Origin: an uncultured Acidimicrobiaceae bacterium
Lineage (GTDB): Bacteria > Actinomycetota > Acidimicrobiia > Acidimicrobiales > Bog-793
Direction: 5' to 3'
DNA: 64,000 bases
NCBI GenBank assembly: GCA_963761425.1
Contig: CAVXGQ010000005.1
Span: 60,391 to 124,390, forward strand
The notes under the pieces were generated by a model, which did no database searches, was not told the origin of the DNA, and saw only the letters and a program-made list of their open reading frames with translations. Below are positions 1 through 10,928 of the stretch, piece by piece. Within the stretch, counting starts at the first letter, position 1, and each line of letters begins with the position of its first letter. Both the position numbers and the translations under genes were made by a program.

Positions 1-1366
1 TCGCCGGCCCCAGGAATTGCCGCGCCGAGGGCCGGATTGGCCGCGATGTCGTCCAGCAGTTCACCGGCCAACCCGCCGTACCGTCGAAGGAGGCGCTCCA
101 TCGCCTCCGAGGTGATCCCCGCTCGCTTGGCGAGTTCGGACCGGTCTGCCCACCTCTCGGCATAACCGCTCGCCCCGACCAAGGGCACCTGCGTGGTGCG
201 ACTGCGGGGAGCTCGCCGGCCGAGATCCGAAAGGGCGAGGTCGACAACGTCGGCCGCCATCACCCGGTAGGTGGTGAACTTGCCGCCGGCGACTACGGAA
301 AGGCCGGGCATCGGCTGGGCCACGGCGTGTTTCCTGCTCAGTTGGGCCGTTGAGGAGGCCTTGTTGTGCAGCAGCGGACGCAGCCCGGCGAAAGAAGCGA
401 CCACGTCGCGGCGTGAGACCTCGACGGAGAGTTCGGCGTTGAGGTGGGCAAGCAAGTAGTCGATGTCGGCGGCGTTCGCCACGGGGTCGATATGGCCGAG
501 GGTCCAGTCGGTGTCGGTCGTTCCGACGATCCAGTGCCGGTCCCAGGGGATCACCAACAGCACGCTCTTCTCGGTGCGCACGATCAGTCCGGTCTCGAGC
601 GGCAGGCACTCTTTTCTCAGGACGAGGTGCACTCCTTTGGAGGCGTGCACCTCGAGCCCGCCGACAACCCCGGCCTCGGACTGCAGTTCTCCGGTCCACA
701 CGCCGCCGGCCACGATGACCCGGCGTGCCTTGACCTCGATGTCGTCGCCGGTCTCTTCATCGTGGACGACCACCCCGCGAACACCGTCGCGTTGACGGAG
801 GAAACCCACCGCTCTGGCCCGGGAAGCGACCCTGGCACCGTAAGCGGCGGCGGTGCGAACTACCTCCACGGTGAAGCGGGCGTCGTCAACCTGGGCGTCG
901 AAGTATCGGATGCCGCCGCACAGGTCCTGGGCGCGAAGACCCGGGGCAATCGTCAAGGCCTCGGCGCGACTCAGGTGGCGATGCCGGGGGATCGCCCTCG
1001 GGCGGCCCCCGGGGGCGGTGCCGGCCAGCAGGTCATAGAGGAGCAGCCCGGATCCGACATAGGCCCGCTCCCGGTAGCGATGGCGGAGGGGGAACAGGAA
1101 CGACACCGGGTGGACGAGATGCGGGGCCAACGTTTCCAAGAGCAGGGTGCGCTCACGCAGCGCCTCCCGCACCAGTCCGAATTGCAGCTGCTCGAGGTAG
1201 CGGAGACCCCCGTGGATGAGCTTGCTCGAGCGGCTGGAGGTGCCCGCCGCCCAATCCCGCGCCTCGACCAAACCAACCGAAAGTCCTCGGCTGGCGGCGT
1301 CGAGGGCGGCTCCGGCTCCTGTGATCCCGCCGCCGATCACGACAAGGTCGAGATCGCCGCTCGCCA
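1..1366 (-). CDS. glpD: FAD-dependent glycerol-3-phosphate dehydrogenase (3' end runs off window start)
   Basis: Absent from the ORF track because it is open at the window edge. My minus-strand translation from the ATG (complement of 1364-1366) reads MASGDLDLVVIGGGITGAGAALDAASRGLSVGLVEARDWAAGTSSRSSKLIHGGLRYLEQ... It shows a GxGxxG FAD fold plus the SSRSSKLIHGGLRYL motif typical of GlpD. Listed + ORF 444..1520 is its antisense shadow. Confidence 0.85.
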
Positions 1367-1435
1367 TCGCGTCCAGGTCCTTCCGGCGTTTCGCCGGAGA
1401 GAGGCTTGGGGCGGGAACCGTCAGTCCTGGGCCGA

Positions 1436-2578
1436 TCACTCGAGGCGATGGCGGTCGACGACGAAGAGGACGTCGCCGAGGAGCTCGACTTCGACCCGAG
1501 TCTCGGGCGGGAAGCTGTAGGCCTCACTCGCGGGCAGCGTCGAAGTCACCTCGATTCCGCCCGGAAGGGTGGCGACCACGCGGACAATCGCCCCCAGGAA
1601 AGAAGCGCGAGCAACCCGGGCGGGCCCGTCGGCCGCCGGGCGGAACCTGATGCTCTCTGGCCGGACCAAGACGTCGACCTCGCTCGCGGTGGGGAACGTG
1701 CCGACCGCGCTGGCCGGAATCTGGAGCTGCGAGCCGAGAACGGCAACGCTGCCCGGGGCGACGACCTTGCCGGGCAGGCGGCTGACGGAGCCCACGAACC
1801 CGGCGACGAAATTCGTCGCCGGGTTCGAATAGACCTCGGCCGGCGACCCTAATTGCTCGAGCTGGCCTGCCCGCATCACTCCGACTCGATCCGAGATCGA
1901 TAACGCTTCTTCCTGGTCGTGCGTTACGAAAAGCGTGGTGATGCCCATGGAGAGCTGAATCCGCCGGATCTCGTCGCGCAGCTGGGCGCGCACCTTCGCG
2001 TCAAGCGCCGACAGCGGCTCGTCGAGCAGCAGCAAACGGGGTTCGACGCACAGCGCCCGTGCCAGCGCCACCCGCTGTTGCTGACCACCGGAAAGCTCGT
2101 GTGGATACCGTTCCGCCATCGTTGACAGCCCAACCAGCTCGAGCAGCTCCCCAGCGCGCCGGCGTCGTTCGGCGGCAGCTGTCCGGCGGACCTCGAGACC
2201 GAACGCCACGTTTTCCAACGCATTCATGTTGGGGAAGAGGCTGTAGGCCTGGAACACCATCCCGACATTGCGGCGGTGCGGGGGCGCATTAGTGATGTCA
2301 TCCCCTCCGACGAGCACCCTTCCCTCGTCAAGCTGCTCCAAGCCAGCAAGTGCCCGCAGGGCTGTCGTTTTGCCGCAACCGGACGGGCCGAGCAATGCAA
2401 CGAGCTCACCAGGTTCAATGGTGAGGGAGAAGCCGTTCAGCGCGTTGACTTTGCCGTAACTGCGACGGCAGTTGACTAGCTCGACGACAACGCCGCCGCG
2501 GCTCGGCACCTCCACTTCAGGCGGAGCGCTCGGGGGTTGCGTCGCGGTGGTCGTGGCTACCTCCTGGCGTGATCTCAA
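1436..2578 (-). CDS. ABC transporter ATP-binding protein (PotA/FbpC/MalK class)
   Basis: Walker A GPSGCGKTT, signature LSGGQQQRVALARAL, Walker B LLLLDEPLSALD and a C-terminal regulatory/TOBE-like tail. 4-nt overlap with the upstream permease gene. Confidence 0.9.
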   Translation of the reverse strand: MRSRQEVATTTATQPPSAPPEVEVPSRGGVVVELVNCRRSYGKVNALNGFSLTIEPGELVALLGPSGCGKTTALRALAGLEQLDEGRVLVGGDDITNAPPHRRNVGMVFQAYSLFPNMNALENVAFGLEVRRTAAAERRRRAGELLELVGLSTMAERYPHELSGGQQQRVALARALCVEPRLLLLDEPLSALDAKVRAQLRDEIRRIQLSMGITTLFVTHDQEEALSISDRVGVMRAGQLEQLGSPAEVYSNPATNFVAGFVGSVSRLPGKVVAPGSVAVLGSQLQIPASAVGTFPTASEVDVLVRPESIRFRPAADGPARVARASFLGAIVRVVATLPGGIEVTSTLPASEAYSFPPETRVEVELLGDVLFVVDRHRLE

Positions 2579-3435
2579 GTTGTCGCCTTTCCGAGAGGAG
2601 CGGAAGCAGCTAGCTCTACCTCATCGACCACGTCGACAAGCTCGACGCCGAAGCCGGTCTTCCGCCGTTCGCGCTTTCCCGCCCCGGCAAGTGCGAGCGC
2701 GACAAGCACGATCCAGGTGAACAACAACGCGGTGATCGACAGCGCGACCGCGACGTAGGGATTGTTGCCCTCGACGCTCACCAGCCAGACGGGAAAGGTC
2801 ATGAAACCCATGATGCTCGCGATGGCATACTCGCCGAGCGACAACGCCACCGTCAGGAAGGCCGCCGCGAGGATCCCCGACCGCAGGTTGGGTAGAAGAA
2901 CGCGGGAAAAGAGCTTCACCCATCCCGCCCCCATGGCACGGCCGGCGTCGACGAGCGTGTGAAGGTCGATGGACCGAACGCCGGCGTCGATCGCCCGATA
3001 CGAGTACGGCATGGCGAGGATCACGTAGACAAGGGCCAAGATCACCGGTGTGCCGGTAATCCATGCAGGGAAGCTTCGGTACGCGCCGAGCACACCGAGC
3101 ACGATCACCACCGCGGGCACACCGAGTGGCAGGAGGCTGGCGGCGTCGAGCACGGCGCGAAAGCGGGGAAAACGGAGGTTCACGAAGATCACCGTCGGAA
3201 CCAAGAGCGCCAAGGTGATCAGCATCGCTCCCAGGGCAACCTCGGTCGAGGTGAGCAGGCTTGTTCCCAGACCCGGCTCGGCCGCCGCTTGGGAGTAGGC
3301 AGACAACGACAGGCGTCCCTTGTAGCCCGCCTCAAGGGTGAATTGAATCGAGGCGGCGATGGGAATGAGCACGTAGCAACCGAGCAGTCCCAACACCACC
3401 CAGCGGAAGGTGCGGCCCGTCGTCACCGCAACCAC
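2575..3435 (-). CDS. ABC transporter permease
   Basis: Multi-pass hydrophobic protein in an operon with the ATPase, a second permease and a binding protein. Overlapping stop/start junctions. Confidence 0.85.
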   Translation of the reverse strand: MVAVTTGRTFRWVVLGLLGCYVLIPIAASIQFTLEAGYKGRLSLSAYSQAAAEPGLGTSLLTSTEVALGAMLITLALLVPTVIFVNLRFPRFRAVLDAASLLPLGVPAVVIVLGVLGAYRSFPAWITGTPVILALVYVILAMPYSYRAIDAGVRSIDLHTLVDAGRAMGAGWVKLFSRVLLPNLRSGILAAAFLTVALSLGEYAIASIMGFMTFPVWLVSVEGNNPYVAVALSITALLFTWIVLVALALAGAGKRERRKTGFGVELVDVVDEVELAASAPLGKATT

Positions 3436-4322
3436 CGCGCGGTCTTGCGCTGAACGATCACGTACATGGTCCCGGCGATGGCGACGATGACGATCATGCC
3501 CAGACCGAGGGCGTCACCGAGGTTCGCTTGGTTCGAGACGACGTTGCCGGCGAGCAACGCCCCGATCTCGATCGGCACGAGAGGAATCGACCCCGTGGTC
3601 AGCACGTCTGCTGTTGCGTAGGCGGCGAAGGCGTCCATGAACAGAACCATGAGGGTGGCGATGAACGGCGGGGTGAGCACGGGAAGGCCGACCTTCTGCC
3701 AGTACAGGCGGGTGCTCGCTCCGAGCGTCGCTGCCGCCTCCCGCCACTCCCGGCGGAGCGCCTCGACGGGAGGCAGCATGAGGAGGATCACGAGGGGCAG
3801 AAGAAAATAGAGGTAGACGATCACGAGCCCGGTGAACGTGAACAGGGAGAACCCGTGTAGGTAGGGATTGAACCCCATTTCGGCGAGCACGTGCGTCACA
3901 ATTCCTGCGTTCCCGATCGTGGCGATGAACGCAAACGCCAGGGGAACGCCGCCGGTATTCGCCAGCACCCCACAGCCGGTCGTGACAAGCCTCCTCACTA
4001 TCGGGCTCGGGGAGCTGACGAGCGCCACCGTCCCGACAAGACCGAGAATCGCCGCCACCACCGCGGAGATCGCTGAAAGCTCCAGGCTGATCACGTAGGA
4101 GTGCAGCCACGGCTGCTTGGTCGAGAGAACGGTCGAAAGGGTGGAGAAGGAAAGCCCGCCGTTGTTATTGCGGAAAGCCTCGACCATCACTGCCGCGGCG
4201 GGCACGATGAGGAAGAAGGCCACATAGGCGAGGAAGGGCACGAAACCGATCGCCGCCAGATAGCGGCGAACGCGCGTCCCGGGGCCCGCGTTTTTTACGC
4301 GGGCCCCGGACGTGTCGCTCAT
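3423..4322 (-). CDS. ABC transporter permease
   Basis: Hydrophobic multi-pass protein, second permease of the same operon. 13-nt overlap with the next gene. Confidence 0.85.
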   Translation of the reverse strand: MSDTSGARVKNAGPGTRVRRYLAAIGFVPFLAYVAFFLIVPAAAVMVEAFRNNNGGLSFSTLSTVLSTKQPWLHSYVISLELSAISAVVAAILGLVGTVALVSSPSPIVRRLVTTGCGVLANTGGVPLAFAFIATIGNAGIVTHVLAEMGFNPYLHGFSLFTFTGLVIVYLYFLLPLVILLMLPPVEALRREWREAAATLGASTRLYWQKVGLPVLTPPFIATLMVLFMDAFAAYATADVLTTGSIPLVPIEIGALLAGNVVSNQANLGDALGLGMIVIVAIAGTMYVIVQRKTARWLR

Positions 4323-4349
4323 TTCACTCGGTTCGGAAATTCGGGTTGA

Positions 4350-5543
4350 TCAACCGACAGCCGACGCCCAATCGGAGACGATGAGCGCCTTTGCCGTGGT
4401 GGACTCACCAATGCTCGCGATGGCTGGCGGCTTGGGCAGCTTGGGAATGGCGGCCTCGGCGGCCTTGTTCACCGTGCCGTCCTTCTGCATCGTCGTGATC
4501 GTCGCGGGCACCGCCCCACCTTCGAGCCAGAGGTTCTGTCCCGTGGGGGAGAACATGTACTCGAGGAAGAGCCTCGCCGCCGCGGGGTCCGGCGCGTACT
4601 TGCTGATCGCCATCGCGTAGTACGAGGCGTACGGCGTCCCGCTCGGGATGACGATCTTCCAGTCGATGCCGGAGGCCTTGAGCTCCTGTTTCCAGGAGAG
4701 CTCGTTGTAGGTCCAGTCGATGGTCAGAAGCACCGTCTTGTCCGCCATCGGCGCGTCACCGTCACCGCCAGCTTCGACCGGGTTGTAGTTGCCCACCGAA
4801 TTCAGCTTCTGGAAGAAGCTGATACCGGGGCGAATGTTCTTTAGCGATCCTCCCTCGTTGAGCGCCGCCGCGTACACGGCCGAAAAGCCGGCGTTCGAAG
4901 ACGTGGGGTTGTTGCTCAGCCCGACGGCACTCTTGAACTCGGGGTTCAACAGACTGTTCCACGAGGTCGGAGGGGTAGTGATGGCGCTCGCGTTGTAGCC
5001 GAACGAGATCACGCCGCTGTAGTCGTACTGCCAATACCCCGCTGAGCTCTTCCAGCTTGCCGGGATCTCGTTCCACTCTTGGGTCTCGTACCTGGAGAAG
5101 ATCGGTCCCTTGAAGACGCCCGACTCGCCGTGCACGCCCTCGATGGCAAAGGAGGGGCCGACATCGACGACGTCTGGTTCATTGCTCTTGCCCTGGTTGT
5201 CGACGATCTCGCTGAGCTCCTCGGCGCTCGTCCCGCCTGGGTTGAAGTCGTTGACATGGAGGCCGTACTTCTGTCCGAAGTCCTTGATGATGTTGCCGTA
5301 ATTAGCCCATGTGGTGGGGTCGGCGGTCAGGTTAAGTGTGCCCTCTTTCTTCGCTGCGGCGATGAGGGCGCTCATGCCGCCACACGAGTTGACCGTCAAA
5401 GCGGTGGCCCAGCAGGAGCTCGACGATGCCGCGCTCGCCGTGCCGGCTGCACCAGCCGTGATTCCGACCGACGCGAGCGTGGACGCAGCGACTCCTAGGA
5501 TGGCAATCGTGCGCCACCGTCGTCCTGACCTTTTATGCATCAA
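4350..5543 (-). CDS. ABC transporter substrate-binding protein (PotD/AfuA-like type 2 periplasmic binding fold)
   Basis: N-terminal signal-like segment RTIAILGVAASTLASVGITAGAAGTASA. First gene of the SBP-permease-permease-ATPase operon. Substrate cannot be assigned from sequence. Confidence 0.8.
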   Translation of the reverse strand: MMHKRSGRRWRTIAILGVAASTLASVGITAGAAGTASAASSSSCWATALTVNSCGGMSALIAAAKKEGTLNLTADPTTWANYGNIIKDFGQKYGLHVNDFNPGGTSAEELSEIVDNQGKSNEPDVVDVGPSFAIEGVHGESGVFKGPIFSRYETQEWNEIPASWKSSAGYWQYDYSGVISFGYNASAITTPPTSWNSLLNPEFKSAVGLSNNPTSSNAGFSAVYAAALNEGGSLKNIRPGISFFQKLNSVGNYNPVEAGGDGDAPMADKTVLLTIDWTYNELSWKQELKASGIDWKIVIPSGTPYASYYAMAISKYAPDPAAARLFLEYMFSPTGQNLWLEGGAVPATITTMQKDGTVNKAAEAAIPKLPKPPAIASIGESTTAKALIVSDWASAVG

Positions 5544-5879
5544 GCCCTCCTTTGTGCGGGAATGAACTAGGCGTTTCGCCGATCACGGCGCGCGGGACGC
5601 TAACGAGGGTTCAGGACATCTCCGTGGCGAAATGGTGAACAGCGGGAATCAGGGCGGTAAAAGTTCGATACCGACGCGCATTGTCTGTCGTTAGGACATG
5701 ATCACCAGGCATGGTCCCCAGCATCTGACCGTCCCAAGGCGCGCCGATTCCATGTCACCCGCCGGCGGCAGAGGGCCACTGTTGCGCCCGTAATGGGACC
5801 ACCCCGAAGCATCCACCGGCGACGGCGTCGCTGAGGTCGGACTCGCCACTCCAACGAAGGCGGCCCAAAAGTTGGTGAT

Positions 5880-6775
5880 GTCATTCCGGCAGGTTCATGC
5901 GTTCGAGTTCCGTAAGGTCCTGCGGCCATGGCTGCGGGGGGAGAGCTCGCGCTCGTCGACAAGACAGTGCGCGACGCCACGAGACCCTGGTCGAGAAGAA
6001 GCTCGCCGAGGCCGAGCGCAGGATCGGGCGCCTGGCACTGGAGAACGATCTCTTGGGAAAAGCGTCCCGGCGACTGACCTGAGCGCTCGCGCCGTCCTGG
6101 GCCGGAAGTTCTGGGCCGAGGTCGCCGGGCCGGTGGGGGTGATCGACAAGGTGCTGTCTGTCAGTCGCCAGAGCCCCTACGTGATGCCCAAGGTCCCGAG
6201 TACCGGCATCGGCGAGCGGGTGCCGCTCCGGCTTGTGACGCCGCCCTTACCCGCGCCGTGGGCCACGATGGAGTGCACCCTGGGCATCGTCGACCTGGAT
6301 GTTGGGGTAAGTGCGATGGCCAGACGTCACCCGGTCGCCGGCCACCGGAAGGTGACCTCCCTGCCGCACCGGCCCGGCTTCGTGGTGAACAAGATGCGGG
6401 TGGCCCGGTTGCGGCGGGCCCGGGGGTTCACCCGGGACCAGAAGAAGCGTCATCCGAAGGTCGAGGGCCGCCTGCTCCGCACCTCCCGTCCGAACGAGCG
6501 GTGACGGACCGACATGACGAGCATCTAGTGCGGGGAGGACGGCTGGGCCCACCTGACCGCGCTAATCGACTGCTCCGACCGGTCGATCGTTGGCTGGAGG
6601 TTCACCAAACGTTGCCAGGCGACCGAAGTCTCCCCGGCCATGGAGACGGCCTGGTCGGTGGCCTTCCCGCCCGGGCCGACCCCGACGGGGAGATCTCCGT
6701 CACGCTCGGCCACGACGGCACGCAGTTCACCGAATCGCCACCGGTTGCGACGCACCTCGTGGCCGGGCCCTCAGG
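5880..6775 (+). pseudogene. IS3-family transposase remnant (orfA tail plus disrupted orfB/rve), truncated at both ends
   Basis: Fragments are spread over three + frames. They include ...KKLAEAERRIGRLALENDLLGKA (OrfA leucine-zipper tail), VIDKVLSVSRQSPY, HRKVTSLPHRPGFVVNKMRVARLRRARGFTRDQKKR and RPNER-W-TDMT. Also GEDGWAHLTALIDCSDRSIVGWRF (DDE/rve core) and LGHDGTQFTE. In-frame stops and frame changes are present; no inverted repeats seen. Confidence 0.6.
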
Positions 6776-8408
6776 GCGCCACGCCGTCGTGCGCCGGGTC
6801 CTGGTGGAACATCGGCCAGGCCGGCCACGTCTCCGGGGTGACGGGGAGCCGGTAGGACACGACCCTGGCGGGGTACTTGAAGGCGGCGGGACCACCGCAG
6901 GCCTCGATCACGCTCCAGCCCGACCCGGCGCCGGCTCCCAGGACGTCGGTCACCGCGACGGCGTTGAAGACCCGGCAACCCGGGTCGATCGGTCCGTCGG
7001 TGAAGGAGGTCCCGAACAGGTAGGCCCCGGTGGCGCCGCTCACCGCGTAGAGGCCGGCGCCCGAGCCGATGAGCACGTCATTGACCGACGCCGTCCGCAG
7101 TGGAACGAGGACCGGTGAGGCGAAATCGGTTGGACCTTGCAGTTGGTCGGACCACAACTGCTCTCCGCCGCCGCTCCAGGCGGTCACCCGCGAGACGCCT
7201 GACGCTAGGCAGCTGGAATTGGTGAGGCCGGTGCACACCCAGGAGGTGTCGACCACGGCCGGATCTCCGGAGCTGTTGATGACCCCGATCGCCGGGGAGC
7301 CGAGCGAGGGCCCGGAGGTCCGCACCGGCCAACCGGGGACCGGGGCCCCGTTGTCGGCGTAGTAGGCGGAAAGCTCGTAGGTCGCCGATGGGAAGGGCTG
7401 GTAGTAGAAGCCGGTGCCGACCACCACGGCGGCCCGGCCGGAGGAGTTGATCACCCCGACCGCCGGGCTGGACCAGATGGTCTGGTTCTCGCAGTGCTGC
7501 CAGACGAGGGTCGCCCGGCCCCCCAGGTAGCGGTAGTCGCTGATCCAACCCCCCCGGCAGCCGTGCCAGCCGTGGGCGTCACCGCCGATGAAGATGGAGT
7601 CGCCCCGGGTCCCCGGGACCTGGTAGAGGGCGGGGGAGGACCAGATGGTGTCGGCGTTGTTGAGGGGGAAGCCGGGGAGGAGCCGCCCGGAGGGGGTGAG
7701 GGCGTAGAGGTAGTGGTCCCAGGACCCGAACACGATGTCCGGCTGGGAAGAGGCGGTGAGGGGCCCCACCGCCGGGGTGGAGATCACCCCCACCGCGGTC
7801 CCCGGGGCCGCCCCCACGTGGAAGAGGAACCGGACCTTCCCATTCAGCCGGAAGGCCTCCACCTCCCGGGCGGTGTTGTCGACCCAGGTGGAGGCGGCCC
7901 CCACGATGATGGAGGGAGGATGGCGGGGGCCGTCCAAAAAGGCGATGGTGGGGCTGCCTTCGATGGCCACCGCCGCCCCCGCCGGCGCGGTGAGCCGCAG
8001 GGGCCAGCCGGGGAGCTCGGCCCCGGTGGCCGCGTTGAGCACGTGGAGGACCCCGTTTTCGTCGCCCACCGCCACCAGGGTCTCGCCGTCCCAGTCGGCG
8101 ACGGTGGGGGAGCTCTGGGCGACGGCCCCGGACAGGCAGGTCACCCAGGAGGCACCCGGCCAGGTGATGTTGTGCCCGGAAAGGACCGAGCAGGCGGCCC
8201 GGGGGGCCGGGGCGGCGGCGGCGGGAGAGACGATCGCCGTCATCAGGCCGGTGGTGGCGGCCGTCGCCAGCAGGGTGGCGGAGAGAAGTCTCGTGGCGCG
8301 GATCGAGGCGCCTGATCCAGGACGGTGAGTGGTTGATGCAATCTTGGCAGTTGGCCACTCTCCGTGTTGCCTGCTCCTCCGTCCTTGCTCGCCGAGATGC
8401 CTTGCCAT
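6771..8408 (-). CDS. secreted repeat protein, beta-propeller-like (FG-GAP/PQQ-like repeats)
   Basis: Signal-like N-terminus ([30 protein letters not shown]). Recurrent SSP[AT][VL]..-G....[IV]..G..DG.L.A. blade-like repeats, for example SSPTVADWDGETLVAVGDENGVLHVLNAATGAELPGWP. Confidence 0.6.
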   Translation of the reverse strand: MARHLGEQGRRSRQHGEWPTAKIASTTHRPGSGASIRATRLLSATLLATAATTGLMTAIVSPAAAAPAPRAACSVLSGHNITWPGASWVTCLSGAVAQSSPTVADWDGETLVAVGDENGVLHVLNAATGAELPGWPLRLTAPAGAAVAIEGSPTIAFLDGPRHPPSIIVGAASTWVDNTAREVEAFRLNGKVRFLFHVGAAPGTAVGVISTPAVGPLTASSQPDIVFGSWDHYLYALTPSGRLLPGFPLNNADTIWSSPALYQVPGTRGDSIFIGGDAHGWHGCRGGWISDYRYLGGRATLVWQHCENQTIWSSPAVGVINSSGRAAVVVGTGFYYQPFPSATYELSAYYADNGAPVPGWPVRTSGPSLGSPAIGVINSSGDPAVVDTSWVCTGLTNSSCLASGVSRVTAWSGGGEQLWSDQLQGPTDFASPVLVPLRTASVNDVLIGSGAGLYAVSGATGAYLFGTSFTDGPIDPGCRVFNAVAVTDVLGAGAGSGWSVIEACGGPAAFKYPARVVSYRLPVTPETWPAWPMFHQDPAHDGVAP

Positions 8409-9146
8409 GAGGCCATCATTTGTCCTGTACCGATTAGGTCATAGACACGTTTGGCACCAACTGGAATGACATAGTTGCACCAGCATCTAGTCAACGCGCG
8501 TGAAGGCAGCTAAACACGCAGAGTGATGTCCGACCAAGGTCGTTGTCGGCAAAGCGACCCCTTCGGCTGGTTGTGAGGCGCCTAGCGACGGATAGCTCAA
8601 TAGGGGCCTGCGATCGGTCGCGGTCCCGGGGTCCTGTGGCCCTCCTTTGTGATCGGAACGTCGGCTCGTCATCGCCAGCCCGGTCGTCCGGTTTCGTCGC
8701 CGGCCGGAGCGGGATGACGTTGGTTGCCAAACCGGCTTCGCGTGAGCCGTCCGCATCGCCAAGTGCGGCGGTGATTCGGAACGCGAGCTTTCCGACTCGA
8801 GCCGTGACCTCGAGGGCGGAGCGCGTAAAGCCCAAAGCGTCACCTATCTGGTTGTCCTTGAGGGCTTTGGGACTCACTCGCCGTGTCGAGGAAAAGAATG
8901 GAGACGTTCGGCGATTGCTCCCCAGTCCAGGGCGTGGTCGAAGATCCTCTCGGATCCTCGTCCAGTAACCGGTCACTGCCGAAGCGAGGCCGAGCGGAAC
9001 AGACGGGTCGAGACTCGCCGGCTCGGTGGTTCCCGTCCGGACCTCCGGGGCGCACGATGCCGTCGCTGGGCTTCGCAGCTGAGGGCCGGGGCGTCGAAGT
9101 AGAGTCGCTCCTCGTTTCGGTTAACACTCTCGGCGAGGAGCTCCCC

Positions 9147-9809
9147 ATGAAGAAGCATTGTTCCGCCTGGTCTGGTGCACTGATGGCTGTCCTGGTGCTC
9201 GCCTTGCTGGTCGCCAGCGGGGGCGGCAGTGCGGCGGCCTCCTCTTCAAAGAAGCCGAAGTCGACCGCCAAGGTCGCCCTCACCGTCCCGGTCCAGGGCA
9301 GCGGGGGGTTCAACTACACCCAGGGGAGCTACCTGGAAGGGTTCGAGTTCACCGCCAAGAGCCCTATCTCGATCACCAAGCTCGGCGCCTACGACTCCAA
9401 CCTCTCCGACCTGGCGAACGGGACCGAGACCTTCGCCACCGTCCCGGTCGCGGTGTACGACCTGACCTCCCACAAGCAGGTGGCCGAGGCCGCGGTGAGC
9501 GCCTCCGACCCGGCAACCGGTGTCTACCGCTACGCCACCCTCCCCCGTCCGGTCAAGCTGGTCACCACCCACCGGTATGCGGTGGTCTGGGTCTCGCTCT
9601 CCAACTACTACGTGGCGAGCCCCACGTTGGTGGCCGCGGACGTGAACCCCACCCTCCACTACCTGGCCATGGTGGGCTACGGGCCGGGCGGTCTCACCAC
9701 AACCAGCACCATGGTGAGGCCCAACTGGTTCTTCACCAAGAGTGCTCACGGTCTGGCGGCGATCAATTACGATCTCGGCCCGAACTTCATTTTCAAGACC
9801 TCCGGCTGA
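9147..9809 (+). CDS. secreted hypothetical protein
   Basis: Internal ATG of ORF 8883..9809 preceded by GAGGAG. Signal peptide MKKHCSAWSGALMAVLVLALLVASGGGSAAASS. Loose resemblance to DUF4082-type beta-sandwich proteins, not verifiable here. Confidence 0.55.
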   Translation: MKKHCSAWSGALMAVLVLALLVASGGGSAAASSSKKPKSTAKVALTVPVQGSGGFNYTQGSYLEGFEFTAKSPISITKLGAYDSNLSDLANGTETFATVPVAVYDLTSHKQVAEAAVSASDPATGVYRYATLPRPVKLVTTHRYAVVWVSLSNYYVASPTLVAADVNPTLHYLAMVGYGPGGLTTTSTMVRPNWFFTKSAHGLAAINYDLGPNFIFKTSG

Positions 9810-10229
9810 TTCGCGTTCCGCGGCACGGCTCGTCGGGGATGGCCCCGGGCGCGGAGGACGGTCTCCAGTCGGGCGGTGATCGCTGACGGGGAACCCGGAC
9901 ACCCGGAGACGGCCCGAGTGGAGCGGTCGCAGCGACTCTGGAAGCTCCGCGACCGGATCGAGGAGGGCCGATTCTGCTCTGGGTTCGTTCCTTGAGGAGT
10001 GGCCCCGGTTCAATGTCCGGGTTCGCCCTTCGCCCCAACCCGCGGTTCGGAGCTCTCGCCGCGGTCGTCGTCGGGTGCTCTTCCACGGCGGCTTCGTCCG
10101 GTCGCGCGCTCGCGTCCTTGTGCTTTCGTTCTTAGGCAAGTTGTCGAGGCTGCGAAACCTCCGGCCGTCCTCCTGCATGCCGGCAGATCGGGTCATGGTC
10201 GAATAGCGTGCCGATGGAAACTCCTGGTC

Positions 10230-10928
10230 GTGCACGCACAACACAAGGAGGATCGAATCGCACGCCGACTGCTCATTCTCTTGTTGGTGCCGCTAGGACT
10301 CCTGTTGGTGGCGCCCGACGGTTTCGCGGTGAGCGGTCATCGTGAGTCCGCGAACCAGTTGGTGAAAGCGGCGACCAAGGCGCTCGCTTCGGCGAAATCG
10401 GTCCGGCTCTCCGGCTCGATCAACATATCGGGAGCGCCCGAGAGCCTGGATCTCGTGATGTACGCCAACAAGGACCTCGATGGCAGCTTCACCCTCCAGG
10501 GCTACACCGTGCAGGTCATTGTGGTGGGTGGGACCGACTACTACCGGGCTTCGGCGGCGTGGTGGCAGAAGGCTGGAGGTCTTCCAAGCAAGGCGGCCAA
10601 GAGCATCGGCGGTCATTGGATGAAGACCCCGGCTTCCAGCTCAGCCGGCATCGGTAACAGCTTGGAGATCGCTCCTCTTGCCTCCGGCCTGGGGTCGACC
10701 CGCGGCCTCTCAATCGTCGGCCACAAGAAGGTTGGCGGGCGCGCCGCGGTGGGCGTCAAGTTGTCCAATGGAGGCGTGCTTTGGATCGCCGCCTCGGGCA
10801 AGCCCTACCCGATCTCCGAGGTGAAACCCTCCGGCAACGTTGGCACTCTGTCGTTTCGCGGTTGGAACAGTTTTCCGCTGCCGAAAGCACCCAAGGGAGC
10901 CAAGTCGTTGTCATCACTCGGTTCCTGA
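10230..10928 (+). CDS. secreted/lipoprotein-like hypothetical protein
   Basis: GTG at 10230 in ORF 9999..10928 gives the signal-like VHAQHKEDRIARRLLILLLVPLGLLLVAP. The mature part loosely resembles LppX/LprAFG/LolA-like lipid-carrier proteins. Start uncertain. Confidence 0.5.
   Translation: MHAQHKEDRIARRLLILLLVPLGLLLVAPDGFAVSGHRESANQLVKAATKALASAKSVRLSGSINISGAPESLDLVMYANKDLDGSFTLQGYTVQVIVVGGTDYYRASAAWWQKAGGLPSKAAKSIGGHWMKTPASSSAGIGNSLEIAPLASGLGSTRGLSIVGHKKVGGRAAVGVKLSNGGVLWIAASGKPYPISEVKPSGNVGTLSFRGWNSFPLPKAPKGAKSLSSLGS

Noticed and set aside
444-1520. Long ORFs antisense or out of frame to well-supported genes. Examples: 444..1520+, 12404..13975-, 14089..16059+, 24551..25951-, 26956..28827-, 29218..30636-, 40996..42234-, 42006..43145-.
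   Set aside because: All overlap genes with clear family motifs on the other strand or frame, and they translate to Arg/Gly/Pro-rich low-complexity sequence. These are the typical shadow ORFs of high-GC DNA.
5560-5700. Possible riboswitch or operator upstream of the PotD/Afu-type ABC operon (repeated AGGACAT, CTAACGA/TCGTTAG inverted words)
   Set aside because: Only short 7-nt words are present, and no recognisable riboswitch core (TPP and others) was seen by eye. Left unannotated pending an Rfam scan.
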